A DNA stretch of 54,610 bases from the NCBI RefSeq assembly GCF_001194135.2, contig NC_068999.1:52373571-52428180 (forward strand), read 5' to 3'. Position 1 is the stretch's first letter; each line of letters opens with the position of its first letter. Below, piece by piece: positions 1-11,430 of the stretch. A program made the position numbers and the translations under genes. The notes under the pieces are model-generated. The model was not told the origin of the DNA. It saw only the letters and a program-made list of their open reading frames with translations, and ran no database searches. The stretch comes from Octopus bimaculoides (Eukaryota).

Positions 1-195
1 ACAGATAGATAAATAGATAGAGAGGATGGTGGAGGGAGGAAGTGGAACAAGGAGGAAGGGACAGAAGGGTATAGCAGTGAAGTAGAGGCCAGGACAGAGG
101 TATAGATAGAAAGATGGAGGAAGACAGATAGATAAATAGATAGAAAGATAGATAGATAGATAGACAGATAGATAGATAGATAGATAGAAAGATAG
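1..195. repeat. (AGAT)n / purine-rich simple repeat
   Basis: Runs of agatagatag and ggaagg visible directly. Confidence 0.9.
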
Positions 196-677
196 TCACG
201 TCAGAATAATAGTAGACTTACTTGTAAAATAGGACGTGTGCGTTCAATAATGTAATAATACAAAGAATATATATACATGTATACACACATATATGTACAT
301 ACTTACATCTACATGATATATATAGATATTTGAAATGAAGAGTAGATAGACAGCCGACAACTGACAAAGGGTCGTTCTTTATGTTAGTTGTCCATTTGTT
401 TCTTTCGTTGTTTGCGTATTGAACTTGCTTGCTTTCATATTTCATATTGTTTACAGTTTGGTGATGTCCTGTACCCATATATGCATACCCATATATGCAT
501 ACCCATATATGCATGTATGTATACATATAGATATAGGTATGTACATATATGTATGGATATATGCATATATTTATATATTATTTATATTATTAGGTCCACC
601 TATCACGGTTTATTATCTAAGCATACAGAAATTTCTCCTAGGTGTTGTTTTGCATTTATAATAAAATAAACATGTTT

Positions 678-850
678 TCTATGGGTTGGGTGGTTTGACA
701 GGAATTGACAAGCCAGAAAACTGTGTTGAGCTCCAGTGTCTGTTTTGGCATGGTTTCTATTGCTAGATGCCTTTCCTAATGGCAACCACTTTACAGAGTG
801 TACTGGGTACTTTTTACATAGCTCCAACACCAGTGAGGTCAACACATATC
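678..850 (-). mobile_element. SINE 3' part with RTE-like tail (reverse orientation)
   Basis: Contains 'gatgcctttcctaatggcaaccact', homologous to copies at 13915-14260, 23695-23814 and 34150-34400. Confidence 0.7.
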
Positions 851-1499
851 TCAGAAAGATGCCTCAACTGAATTTGGTGTAGTATTGAAGGAGGTGGCTT
901 TATGCCAAGTGGTCAGAGATTAAAATATGATGGAAGGACAGGAACGCATGTCTTTCTGTAAGAGATATACATGGGAGATACATACCTCAGTTGGGAAAGA
1001 GAAAAGATGATGGTGAAGATGTGTTGAGGTATACCCTCAGATTACAAGAAGGTGAATGAGAAAATGCTCAAATATTACTAAAGACTTAAACAATGTAGAT
1101 CCCATACAAATAGAACTAGAAACCTAGTTCCTTTAGAGATAAAACTAGAAGGGAAAAACTATATATTATAAAAATCATTGTAGTTGCACTGGCAAGTTTT
1201 TGTGAAGAATAATGATTAAGGAAAGTATTCTGAGTGACGAAGTAGGATAAAATCAAATCCAGAAACTTCCTTTTATTATGCACATGAGTTTCTAGCTTTG
1301 AAATAAAAATCAGTCTTCTTCAGTCTAAAGATGATTTGTATATAATTGATCCTTCATGGATTTGTCATCTGCTATCTGGAAGCATTTTTTCCTACCAAAT
1401 AAAGAGAAACTTATTGAATACTCTGATATATTCTATCAGAATGACAATTTTGCATAGCAACCAAATACATGTAATCTTAACAGAAAAGGGCATAATTCA

Positions 1500-2290
1500 A
1501 TTAATAAGTTATCTTGACACAATCTCTGCTCCTGAAACAGATGGCTTTCCAGCTTTACTATTAGAATCCTGTTATGCCAGCCTTGCTAATACCTCTGAAA
1601 ATATTCTATCAGAGATATTTAGGCACTAGATGACAACCAGAAATATTGAAAGAAGAATAACAATACCCATTCATAAAGTAGTAGAAGGACACTAAGAAAC
1701 AATTACAGACCTGTGTTGCATTCCACCATTTAAAAGTCCAGGAAAGAATCATATGTGGAACAGTAATAAACTTTGTAGACTAACCCAAGCTTTTTAAGAA
1801 CATCCAGACAGCTTCTGCCTTGGAAGAAACTGTCTGGCTCAGCTTCTATAAAAAACACAGCCTAATTCTGAAGAGTCTTCTTTCCAGATCAAGTGTTGAC
1901 TGTGTATATCTTTAATTAACAATCAACACTTTCATTTGATAAGGAAGATATATGCAGTCAACACTTGATTCAGTTGGCAGGCAGAATCTTCAGAGTTTAA
2001 CATGCTCAACTATGGAACTTTATGTCTCAACCTGAAAATTGTTGGTATAAGAGGAAGTTTCAACAATTGTAACTCTGATTTCTTGAAGAGCTGGAATCAA
2101 ATGGTAACAACCAATGGTGTTCCATTCCCACCTTAGCCACCAAAAAAAATCTGAGGTATTAAGTGGAGTATCACAAGGTTCTGTTCTGTGTCACTTCTGT
2201 TTATCATAAGCAAAAACGTATAATCATCCACACTCAGTAGATATGTAGATAATGCCAAAGTGATGATAGAGATCAAGACAAACAACATCA
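1500..2290 (+). mobile_element. Decayed CR1/L2-type LINE reverse transcriptase
   Basis: Ordered RT motifs across frameshifts: SAPETDGFPALLLESC (1525), PIHK..NNYRPV, CLGRNCLAQLL, VDCVYL, SGVSQGSVL (2162), YVDNAK (YADD-equivalent, about 2242). Confidence 0.85.
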
Positions 2291-2639
2291 TATACTCCAA
2301 CAAAACCGTTTACAACTGGATGTCATTCATTGGCATAAAATTCAGTGCTCTCTGTTCATCCTCCTCCTCCTCATCATCATCATCATGTTGCTCCAGTCCA
2401 CTCAGTTGTAAATGAGTTCCAGAAATAGCTGGGATGTTAGCCCTGTGAAAAACCAGTGTCCTGTTCAGTTTTATAGTATACCAAGGAAACTGGATTCAAT
2501 TCCAGCTTATGAGTCCTAGCTCTCATGACAGACCTAAGATAAGTACCATATGTAGACACAGATCACAACTGTCTGTAGTAACAGCTCTCATATATTTCAT
2601 AAAAGTGTTATTGTTTTTCAGTGATATGTTCAAAACATG

Positions 2640-3060
2640 TTAACGATTATGCACACTGTTTACATTGGTTGGACTGATGTCTTCACCTTGATTGTTGCGT
2701 TCACTCCGTTTCGGCTGTTGTACGCTCCAGCCTTCTTCGGGTGTTTTGTGATTTGCCTTAGTGAGACCATCTAGATATTTTTTGATATGCTTCACACAAT
2801 TATATTCTGAAACAAGTCTCAGCACATCATAACACTCTCTGGTGAAATGGTAACTGAGTGTGAGTGACTGTTGTTCCATATGGTATCTCTATCACCTCTA
2901 AATTTACAATTGAAATCCTGTTGATGTATGCTTTGCCAGCTACATGGATTATTCCATACCACATTAGGATGAAACTGGTTGGACTTTGTGATGAAAGATT
3001 GTGTGTATGTGTGTCTTATAGGGAAACCAGACAACCTGAGAATATAAGAGACTTATGAAT
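2640..3060 (-). mobile_element. Non-LTR/Penelope-like retroelement 3' remnant carrying a hammerhead-like motif
   Basis: Minus strand has ACACCCGAAGAAGGCTG..CAGCCGAAAC, resembling Penelope-like terminal motifs; a decayed homologue lies on the plus strand at about 53960-54170. Confidence 0.5.
2702..2743 (-). ncRNA. Degenerate type-I hammerhead-like motif
   Basis: CAC-CCGAAGA-A-GGCTG(gagcgtacaa)CAGCC-GAAAC-GGA-GTG: stem II of 5 bp and stem I of 3 bp; U4 and U16.1 are substituted. Confidence 0.45.
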
Positions 3061-3123
3061 TCCCCCATTTATATAGGTTTGCTACTGTTTGGCAAGGCCT
3101 GATCTCAGTTTATTTGCATATGT

Positions 3124-3546
3124 CAGTGCTGGATTAACCATTAAGCAAAATAATCCCATGCTTAGAGCGTCAAGGAAAGTGGGGTACCACAAAAATGGTA
3201 GATGGTTTACAGCATAAAAATATATCACTTTAAACTTGTTAAAATAATATTCAAAGTGGTTTATATGATAGGAAATATAATTCTGAAGTGCTCATGGTGT
3301 CATCATGAGGATCTGATCAAAGACTTTGCTTAAAAAAAAAAAAAAAAGGAGAAAACTTTTCCAATGTAAAAAAAAGTGAAAGTATACAAAAATAAATCTT
3401 ATTTTTAGTTTTGTTTCATTTTGGAAAAAAAATCATGGTTTATTATTGTTTATATTTTGAATTATATATATATATATATATATATATATGGGGACCTCAA
3501 AATATTTTAAGTGCTTAGGTCCTCTATGGGTTTTAATCTGGCCCTG
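3124..3546. mobile_element. hAT-like MITE
   Basis: Terminal inverted repeats CAGTGCTGGATTAA / TTAATCTGGCCCTG; flanking 8-mers gcatatgt / gtgtttgt match at 5 of 8 positions (decayed TSD). Confidence 0.7.
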
Positions 3547-4069
3547 GTGTTTGTCCACTCCTTTCTGGTTAGATAATAGAAACTAGGCATTACTTTGATA
3601 AGGTCCCTCACTTGGCCCTCACTACAAGCTAAGTTCTCATTCTGTTCATCCTACCAGGCTTCCTTAATGTTGAAGTTCCTGTCTTACTGATTAACAGAAT
3701 GGTTAGATGCTCGGACAAGAATGTCATTCTACCAAAATATCATTGATATCAATGGTGGGTAGAAGAGGAAAACGATTCTCGACTCTTAAAGCTATGCATG
3801 CAACCAAGCATGAACTAGAAGCAGGGCAGTCTTTGTCAATCATCTTCAGCATTTTGTGTCTGCTTCTTGATATAGTCATGGGTTGCACAGTTTTTCTAAA
3901 ACAGTGTCTTGTAACAAGACACCTTTCCTATCCACAATCCTTTTAGTCACCTCTTATAACATGCTGAGATGTAGTATAATGCATTCTAAGATCAGGATAC
4001 TCATGGTAAAGGAAGCAGGATAGAATATGAAATATAATCATTGTCGTTGTCGCTGTCATTGTCATTGTC

Positions 4070-4874
4070 ATTGATCTGACATTTCTATAACTTAAGAGTA
4101 ATTTTTGTGAACACCTAATGACACAAAGAATTTGATAATATGGTATGTTTTGAGTATTTCTTCTGCTCTACGGGATTAGTCTAACAAAATCATCATCATC
4201 ATTATTTTAACATCCACTCTTCCATGCTTGCATGGGTTAGATGGAGTTTACCGAGGTAGATTTTTTTACAGTTGGATGCCTTTCCCATCAACAACCCTTA
4301 CTTGTTTCCAAACGAGGTAATATTTCCTCAAGGCCATACCTGTTTTTGCAGATTATTGGAAATGAACTGCTTGTATGACAGTGACATTCGCAACTGTCTT
4401 GTAATGTCAAAACAGGGACACACACACATGTGCATACATGCACATATGCATAATGCATACATGTATACATACTCTCTCTATATATATGATGGGTTTCTTT
4501 TAGTTTCCATCTGCCAAATTTACTCACAAGGTTTTGGTTGGACCAGGAAAAATAGTAAAAGATGTTTGCCCAAGGTGGTACTGAATCCAAACCCATGTGA
4601 TTGGGAAGCAAACTTCTTAACTTCACAGCCACACTTGCACCTATTATACAAACAGAATTATTTGAAGTAAGCAGCAAACTATAGTTGTCTTTGGATTTTT
4701 GTAAGGGCAAAATACTTTACTTGTAGCAGTGACATTTATGACGACATGCTGAAATTGATCTGACATTTCTATAACTTAAGAGTAATTTTTGTGAACACCT
4801 AATGACTCAAAGAATTTAATAATATGGTATGTTTTGAGTATTTCTTCTGCTCCACGTGATTAGTCTAACAAAAT
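4070..4874. repeat. 121-bp direct repeat pair (4070-4190 and 4754-4874)
   Basis: Direct comparison shows 4 mismatches in 121 bp; the pair brackets a SINE. Confidence 0.9.
4191..4645 (-). mobile_element. Composite tRNA-headed SINE (head A, microsatellite linker, RTE-like tail)
   Basis: Minus strand reads gtgtggctgtgaagttaagaagtttgcttcccaatcac..., then a (TA/CA)n linker, then ...gcatggaagagtggatgttaaaataatgatgatgatg. Confidence 0.85.
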
Positions 4875-5059
4875 GAAAAAGAAATCGAACGCACATTCCA
4901 GCATTGATTTTTCAGTATATTATTGCTGCATGGTTATAGATTCAAATTTCATTCCATCTGTTAATAGGGTGAAGGTTCAGTAGCAACTGTACAAATGGAT
5001 TTCTGAACTTTAGAGATTTATTAAAAATTCTATGTTAATTTATTATCAGAGACACCGTT

Positions 5060-5300
5060 AGCTGTGGAATAGCGTAAGCATTGTAGACTTTAAGGCTAAC
5101 GACAAGAATGGATGAATTAATTCTAAGTTTTCAGTCTGGCTTCAGGCCAAATAGAATTATGAATGATACCAATACTAGTACCAGCATTCAGAGTGTGCAT
5201 CAATGCTTGAAACCAAGAAAATGCAATCTTGTTTATCTTGTAGACTTTTCTAAAGCATTTAACTGGATAAATAGGACAAGATTTTGAGTTATCCTAAGTT
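5060..5300 (+). mobile_element. RTE-type LINE RT fragment
   Basis: QSGFRPNR (5132) and VDFSKAFNWINR (5240) match the RT motifs QxGFR and DFxKAFD. Confidence 0.75.
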
Positions 5301-5325
5301 TCTAATAAAGTGCCAAATTCATTCA

Positions 5326-5560
5326 TTAACCCTTTTGATACCAAAACTATCTGGGGCTACATTGGTTGTTTGAAGTAAAATCACCTATTTTAAAGTGTTT
5401 GTATTTAAATTAAAACCTTCCATCATAATTTTGGTTAAGAACCTTTTAAGCTTTGTTCTGTACAAGAACTAAATAATCAAAAAGTTAAATATTTTACTAA
5501 ATTTCTAAAAAGTTAGTTATTTTACTAAATTCTTGGTAATTTTCAAATTTAATTGAAGTA
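5326..5560. mobile_element. piggyBac-like MITE, truncated
   Basis: Begins TTAA-CCCTTTTGATACC; homologous to the complete copy at 17706-17920. Confidence 0.65.
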
Positions 5561-5566
5561 TAAGGA

Positions 5567-5880
5567 AGGCATGTGGCCTAGTAGTTAGGGTGTGACACTC
5601 ATGACGACAAGATCATGGTTTCAGTTCCCGGACTGGGTGATGCAGTGTGTTTTTGAGCAAAACATTTCATTTCATGTTGGTCCAGTTCACTAAACAGTAA
5701 AACTGGTGTCCTGTGGTGGGGCAACGTCATTCATGATCTCAGTCACTTGTAAACCATAGGCTTGCCTACCTAGCCAGTAGGATAGTATCATTTGAAAGCT
5801 ACAACAGTGCAAGGAAGCAAATTGTGTCCAGCAGTGTATAATAACATCCGGTAGTCTGGTCAATAGAGTGATGCAGTGAA
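5567..5880 (+). mobile_element. tRNA-derived SINE (head C)
   Basis: A-box/B-box-like head 'gtggcctagtagttaggg...ggtttcagttcccgg' followed by 'ttttgagcaaaacatttcatttcatgttg'. Confidence 0.75.
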
Positions 5881-6119
5881 TTGAAGAACATGGACTGAGT
5901 CTTGTGATTTGATTTGATTGCCCATGTTTAGTCTGCTGCAGGATGTGGACCTCAGCATGTTCTCTCCACCAATTTTGGTCTGATGTGGAGGCTGTAAATT
6001 TGAGCTGGAGATCACACTGATTTGATGAGCCTACTCTGCCATGCTGGCTTGACGTAGCTTGGCTGAGGGGTGCAGTTTATTTATTTATTTTTTTTATATA
6101 CTCATACTCAGGAATAATT

Positions 6120-6290
6120 AAGTCAGTTACATCGACCCCAGTGCTCAACTGGTACTTATTTTATTGACCCCGCAAAGGATGAAAGGTAAAGTCAACTTGG
6201 CAGGATTTGAATTCAAAACATAAGGACAAACAAAATACAGCTAAGCATTTTGTCCGGTGTGCTAACAATTCTGGCAGCCCACTGCCATGG
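6120..6290 (-). mobile_element. tRNA-derived SINE (head B)
   Basis: Reverse complement of ggcagtgggctgccagaattgttagcac...gttgactttacctttcatcctttgcggggtcaataaaataagtaccag. Confidence 0.85.
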
Positions 6291-6299
6291 ACTGTGTAT

Positions 6300-7260
6300 T
6301 ACATAAGAATTTATAGTCACAAAAGGGTTAATGCTATTATGTCCTTGTACTCTACTGATGTCTATGTTTGTACTCTTTCTAGCCACAGTAACGAATATCA
6401 GACATTTTGAGGAATACTTCAAGAGAACACACTTATATCTTACCTTTTCACAATTGTTATGTTATCTTTTCCTTGCAATAACATCTGTTTATTCCCCGCA
6501 GACATTTCTTCATATTGTAGTTATAAACCTCTTTAGGTAAAATTCAAAAGATTACAAAAAAAAAAAAAATTTTAATTAAAAAAATTCCTGTTTGGAATAT
6601 GAAAATGATATTGAGGTGTGTTAGCTATCTTAAGCAAATGTAGTGAACAATAACTTCCCATAAAATTGAATATGAAACAATGAAGAAGAGGAAGACGATG
6701 TGAGAGGTGTGAACTATCTACCACAAGCAACTGTAGCTAGCTTTAATTTCCATAAAAACGAATATAAAAACAGTGAAAGGAAGGACAAAAAAGACATTCA
6801 AAAATTTCTCTCGTGGAATCTGATGCGGAATCTTATCTGTCTGTCAATTTCTTTCCTCAATAATGTTTAAGGTGTCCTTAGAGATTAAACTAAAATGAAA
6901 GATGCTATCAGGCTAATTCCTTTATTCTTTGACAGGAATCTAAGCTTAAATTGTTGCAACTCGTTATCCAACTCTTGAAGTTTTTCGTTAGGATCAGTTA
7001 TCATTAGTGGCCAAAATTTTTATCTTCTTCTTTATTTAGAAAAATTCATCTTTGTGCAGATTTATTGAAATGGTACAAAAATGTGTAAAGTATTTTCTTG
7101 ATAACATCTTTTGTATTGCTGTCCTTATGGAATTTAAATTGTCTGTAATGGTCTGATTCTCTTTTGATTGTATCAAATTATTATAACAAAAAATATAAAA
7201 TTGTTTCAGATGATTCTCAAACATTATTCTAACAGAATGCTTGAATTATAATTTTCACTT
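6300..7260. mobile_element. Unclassified interspersed repeat, possibly a Helitron-like non-autonomous element
   Basis: Contains 'cgtggaatctgatgcggaatcttatctgtctgtc'; recalled as a recurring octopus repeat, no catalytic motif seen. Confidence 0.3.
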
Positions 7261-7299
7261 GTTTTTTTCTTTTTTTTACTTTATTTAATGATGCCTAAA

Positions 7300-7303
7300 A
7301 TAA

Positions 7304-7334
<31 letters not shown>

Positions 7335-7625
7335 TATAAAAAGAGAGAAGGGAGCAATAAGAATAGTGAAAGAAAGAGTAAGACAAAGAGAGAGTACAGA
7401 GACAGAGAGGTAGTAAAAAGAGAGAAAAAAAATCATAGAGAAATAGAAGGGAGAATAAGGTGAGAGGGAAATAGAAAACGTAATGTGGAAAAGGAACAAA
7501 ACATAGAGTGAGAGTGAAATAGGAAGAAAACGAAAGACAGAAACAGGGTGGAAAAGAGAAAGAGAGAGAGAGAGAGAGTGAGTAAAGGGTAAGAGTATGA
7601 AAACTAAGTAAGGAAAGAGAGGAAA
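7300..7625. repeat. (AAT)n and GA-rich low-complexity tract
   Basis: Seen directly. Confidence 0.9.
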
Positions 7626-8059
7626 AGAAAGAATGAGATGTAAAGAAATTACAGAAATAGAAAGGGTTCAATACTGTTCTTTTACAGAAAAATCAGAAAT
7701 CAAAAACAATAATAATAATGTTTTGTTTTATTTGCCACCAGGGCGAAGGATGAGGGAGTCAGATAATACAAAAACAGACATAAAGTGTTGGGTGTTTACA
7801 TATAATGAAATGATAAAATAAATATATAATAAAAAAAGAAATGAAAAAGGGGTAAGTATACACAGTGTACAATGAAAAGGAAGGGAAATATAGTATGCAG
7901 GAAATGATAATGATGTAATCCTGTTGATTCAGGAGGACCTCTAGAAATAATTGAGGAACCCAACTGTTCAAGATCTTTCTGAACACCAAGAGCAAGTGTC
8001 TTCTCCAATTCCCTTTCTCCGACTCACAGATCTACGCTTAGACTTATAATCCACTCTCA

Positions 8060-8385
8060 TAATAATCCTTTCTACTATAGGCACAAGGTCTGAAATTTTG
8101 GAGGCGGGGACTAGTTGATTACATCGACCCCAGTGTTTCACTGATACTTAATTTATCAACCCTGAAAGTTTGAAAGGCAAAGATGACCTCCATGGAATTT
8201 GAAGTCAGAATGTAAAGACAGATGAAATGCCACCAACCATTTTGCCTGGCATGCTAATGATTCTTCCAGCTTAATAATAATAATCATAATAATGGTTTCA
8301 AATTTTGCCACAAGGGCAGCAATCTTAGAGGAAGGGACGAATCGATTGCATTGACCCCAATGTTCAACTGGTACTTATTTCATCT
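8060..8385 (-). mobile_element. Two adjacent head-B SINE copies
   Basis: Repeated 'acatcgaccccagtgt...ggtactta' and 'gaaaggcaaag..gacctc' blocks. Confidence 0.8.
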
Positions 8386-8409
8386 ATCTTTATCTATCTA
8401 TCTATCTCT

Positions 8410-8615
8410 CTATATATATATGGGAGAATATACAAATAATAACAACAGACGAGGACAGGTGGTGTAAATAACAAAAGGATGTATTAGTATGACGCTCGGG
8501 AATACGGAAAGTCTTTGACGTTTCGAGCTACGCTCTTCAACAGAAAGAATACGGAGACAAGGAGAAAAACACGGAGAAAAAAAATTGAATAGTGTTCAGT
8601 CAACGGTCAATCATA
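8410..8615 (-). mobile_element. Penelope-like/retrozyme-like short repeat
   Basis: CpG-rich segment containing a minimal hammerhead fold (next feature). Confidence 0.5.
8512..8548 (-). ncRNA. Minimal type-I hammerhead-like motif
   Basis: TCTTT-CTGTTGA-A-GAGC(gta)GCTC-GAAAC-GTC-AAAGA: stem I of 5 bp, stem II of 4 bp, palindromic ACGT stem III and a GUC triplet; A6 is replaced by U. Confidence 0.6.
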
Positions 8616-8692
8616 ATATATATATATATCTATATCTATATATATATATTTATATAAATAAGGATAAGATCGATATTTAAAATATTGATCCT

Positions 8693-9256
8693 NNNNNNNN
8701 NNNNNNNNNNNNNNNNNNNNNNNNNNNNNNNNNNNNNNNNNNNNNNNNNNNNNNNNNNNNNNNNNNNNNNNNNNNNNNNNNNNNNNNNNNNNNNNNNNNN
8801 NNNNNNNNNNNNNNNNNNNNNNNNNNNNNNNNNNNNNNNNNNNNNNNNNNNNNNNNNNNNNNNNNNNNNNNNNNNNNNNNNNNNNNNNNNNNNNNNNNNN
8901 NNNNNNNNNNNNNNNNNNNNNNNNNNNNNNNNNNNNNNNNNNNNNNNNNNNNNNNNNNNNNNNNNNNNNNNNNNNNNNNNNNNNNNNNNNNNNNNNNNNN
9001 NNNNNNNNNNNNNNNNNNNNNNNNNNNNNNNNNNNNNNNNNNNNNNNNNNNNNNNNNNNNNNNNNNNNNNNNNNNNNNNNNNNNNNNNNNNNNNNNNNNN
9101 NNNNNNNNNNNNNNNNNNNNNNNNNNNNNNNNNNNNNNNNNNNNNNNNNNNNNNNNNNNNNNNNNNNNNNNNNNNNNNNNNNNNNNNNNNNNNNNNNNNN
9201 NNNNNNNNNNNNNNNNNNNNNNNNNNNNNNNNNNNNNNNNNNNNNNNNNNNNNNNN
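8693..9256. other. Assembly gap (others at 11431-11440, 11628-11637, 11818-11827, 13232-13587, 23815-23824, 25491-25869, 35411-35420, 37128-37257, 51561-51821, 53836-53845)
   Basis: Runs of N. Confidence 1.
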
Positions 9257-9290
<34 letters not shown>

Positions 9291-9318
9291 GTATATATAT
9301 ATATATATCAATGCATAT

Positions 9319-9407
9319 CTTTCGCATCTTCTCTTGTGAGAGTTGAGCCTCAATTCTTTTAGCCTCTCCCAGGTTGGTCAAAGTCGTAACGTCTTTGATA
9401 AAAGCCT
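9319..9407 (-). CDS. Candidate internal exon, SAM-domain-like helix (xAFIKDVTTLTNLGEAKRIEAQLSQEKMRK)
   Basis: Acceptor gtttttgttcag, 89 nt open; the peptide resembles a SAM C-terminal helix (LGxxKRI). The would-be donor reads ATATGC, not GT. Confidence 0.3.
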
Positions 9408-9709
9408 CTGAACAAAAACCACAAACCTTATTACTAATTGACTTTGGTTACACTATAAACACTATTGGCCCTTCTGCCTGTCAAGCCCCCTGACATTCTC
9501 TTTGCAAATGAGGCCAACTTTGGCTCCTAGAGAAAATAAAAGCAAAATAAAATGAAACAAGATAAAATAAATAAAATTCAAGAAAACTTGATAAACATCT
9601 CTGTTGCATGATTCATATATTCATATTGCAATATATACCATTACCATCATCATCATTATTGCTCTACACAAGTAAGTCAACTGAACTTATCTTTGTATTT
9701 ATTTCATTT

Positions 9710-9750
<41 letters not shown>

Positions 9751-10879
9751 TATTTCCTGCTGCCTCTGCTGTTTCTCCTCCCTCCCCCCATTTCCTCACC
9801 AAAACTCCATATCTACTGGACTAATAACAGACAGATTTCTAATAATGATTCATTGTGTGTGTGTGTGTGTAAAACTATTTCTAGTATTTGATAAACAGAT
9901 CAGTAACATTAATATAGCTGGAAAGTTCGATATATTCATCCGATATTGTTGATTGGCAGATATCAAAGGCTTTCGTACTATTTAGAGATCAATCACTTTG
10001 TATTGTCATAAAAGAACATAAAATGCAGATGAAATGGTTTGAAATATTGACTGAATTTATTTATTTATTTATTTATTTTTATTGTTTTCTTTTTCTTTAC
10101 TTTTATTTTTTTTCGCAACTTTCAACCCCCCCCCACCTCCTTCCACTGTCCACTGTCCACCATACACCATCCATCAACTCCTACCATGACCACCACCACA
10201 ACCACCACCAACACCCAATTCTAGAATTTCACTTGCTCCTATTTCCTACTATTTCCTTTCGGCAAATACACATCATAGTCCCCCTGAATTCATGAAAATT
10301 GAAACACTATACAATTCCACGGGTCATCGAAGATGGTTTTGGTATGTACTAGAGATTAATACTGCAAATTAAAATCAGTTCTGCTTTAATGGTGCCGCAT
10401 ATGCGGAAATAAAGAAATCTTGCACACACAAGTTTCACATTTTTATGGTTTGGTTGGTGGTAGTGGAAGTGATGAAGAACTGAATAAAATATAAAATAAA
10501 AACTTCAGGAAAAAGACAATAGAAGTCTGAGAGAGTGAGAGAGAGAGGGGGGGGAGCATTTACAATATTTCTCAATGCCAGCATGAGTATTGGTTGAATG
10601 GAACAGTGGTTTTGACAGATCTGATTTAATATTTGGATGCTCTTCCTAGTTCATGGAGACAAAGTAATAAGTGGATGAGCTACTGGGTTAGTAGATAGGC
10701 TTGATCTAACCATAAGCATGATATTGTATTTCTGGCTGGTGGTGGAGGAGCAGATGTTGTTGTTGTTGTTGTTGCAGTTGCTGTTTTGTTCCTGGTTAGC
10801 CCTGATCAAGCAGACCTATGACCAAAGCAGTTCAAGCTATAATCATCTCATTGTCATAATCGTCATTTAGTTTCTGCAC

Positions 10880-11430
10880 ATGTGGCTGTTTGACTGTGTG
10901 GTTGAGAAGTTTGCTTCCCAGCCTCATAGTTTCAGATTCACTGCCATTGTGCGACATATTAGGCAAGTGTTTTCTACTATTGCTCTGCACTAACCAATGC
11001 CTTGTCAATGGATTTGGTAGATAGAAACTGAAAGAAACCTGTAGTATATTTGGGTGTACGTATATGAGTGGGTGCTGAAAAGTTCCTGGCTTTTGGTGAA
11101 AGAAAATACAGGAGGATCAATTAATTGTGATTTTATCCAACATATTCCCCTCTCAGATTCACACACTTATTGCAGCAGTTCTTCAATTTTTCTAAGCCCT
11201 GTAAAAGAACCCCAAAGGTTGGGTTTCCATTCAGGCCTTTTGTGATACCCTTAAAACCAGGGGCTTTTCAGCACACCCTTGTATAAATGTATGTATGTAT
11301 GTATGTGCATGTATGTATGTGTGAGTGTGTGTATGTTTGTGTCTCTTTGTCTTGACATCATGATTGTTATAAATCAATGCAATCCATTTCCAGTTTTCTG
11401 CAAAAACATGTCTGTCCATGGAGAATAAAT
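10880..11430 (+). mobile_element. Composite head-A SINE interrupted by a mariner-like MITE
   Basis: Head 'gtggctgtttgactgtgtggttgagaagtttgcttccc', body to 'gaaactgaaagaaacc', tail domain resumes at about 11340. Confidence 0.75.
11061..11285. mobile_element. Tc1/mariner-like MITE
   Basis: TA-flanked imperfect TIRs: TATATGAGTGGGTGCTGAAAAGTTCCTGG / CCAGGGGCTTTTCAGCACACCCTTGTATA. Confidence 0.8.

Noticed and set aside
9373-9493. Plus-strand reading ..EQKPQTLLLIDFGY.. resembling a kinase DFG motif
   Set aside because: No HRD or proper spacing, the frame stops soon after and there is no donor; probably coincidental.
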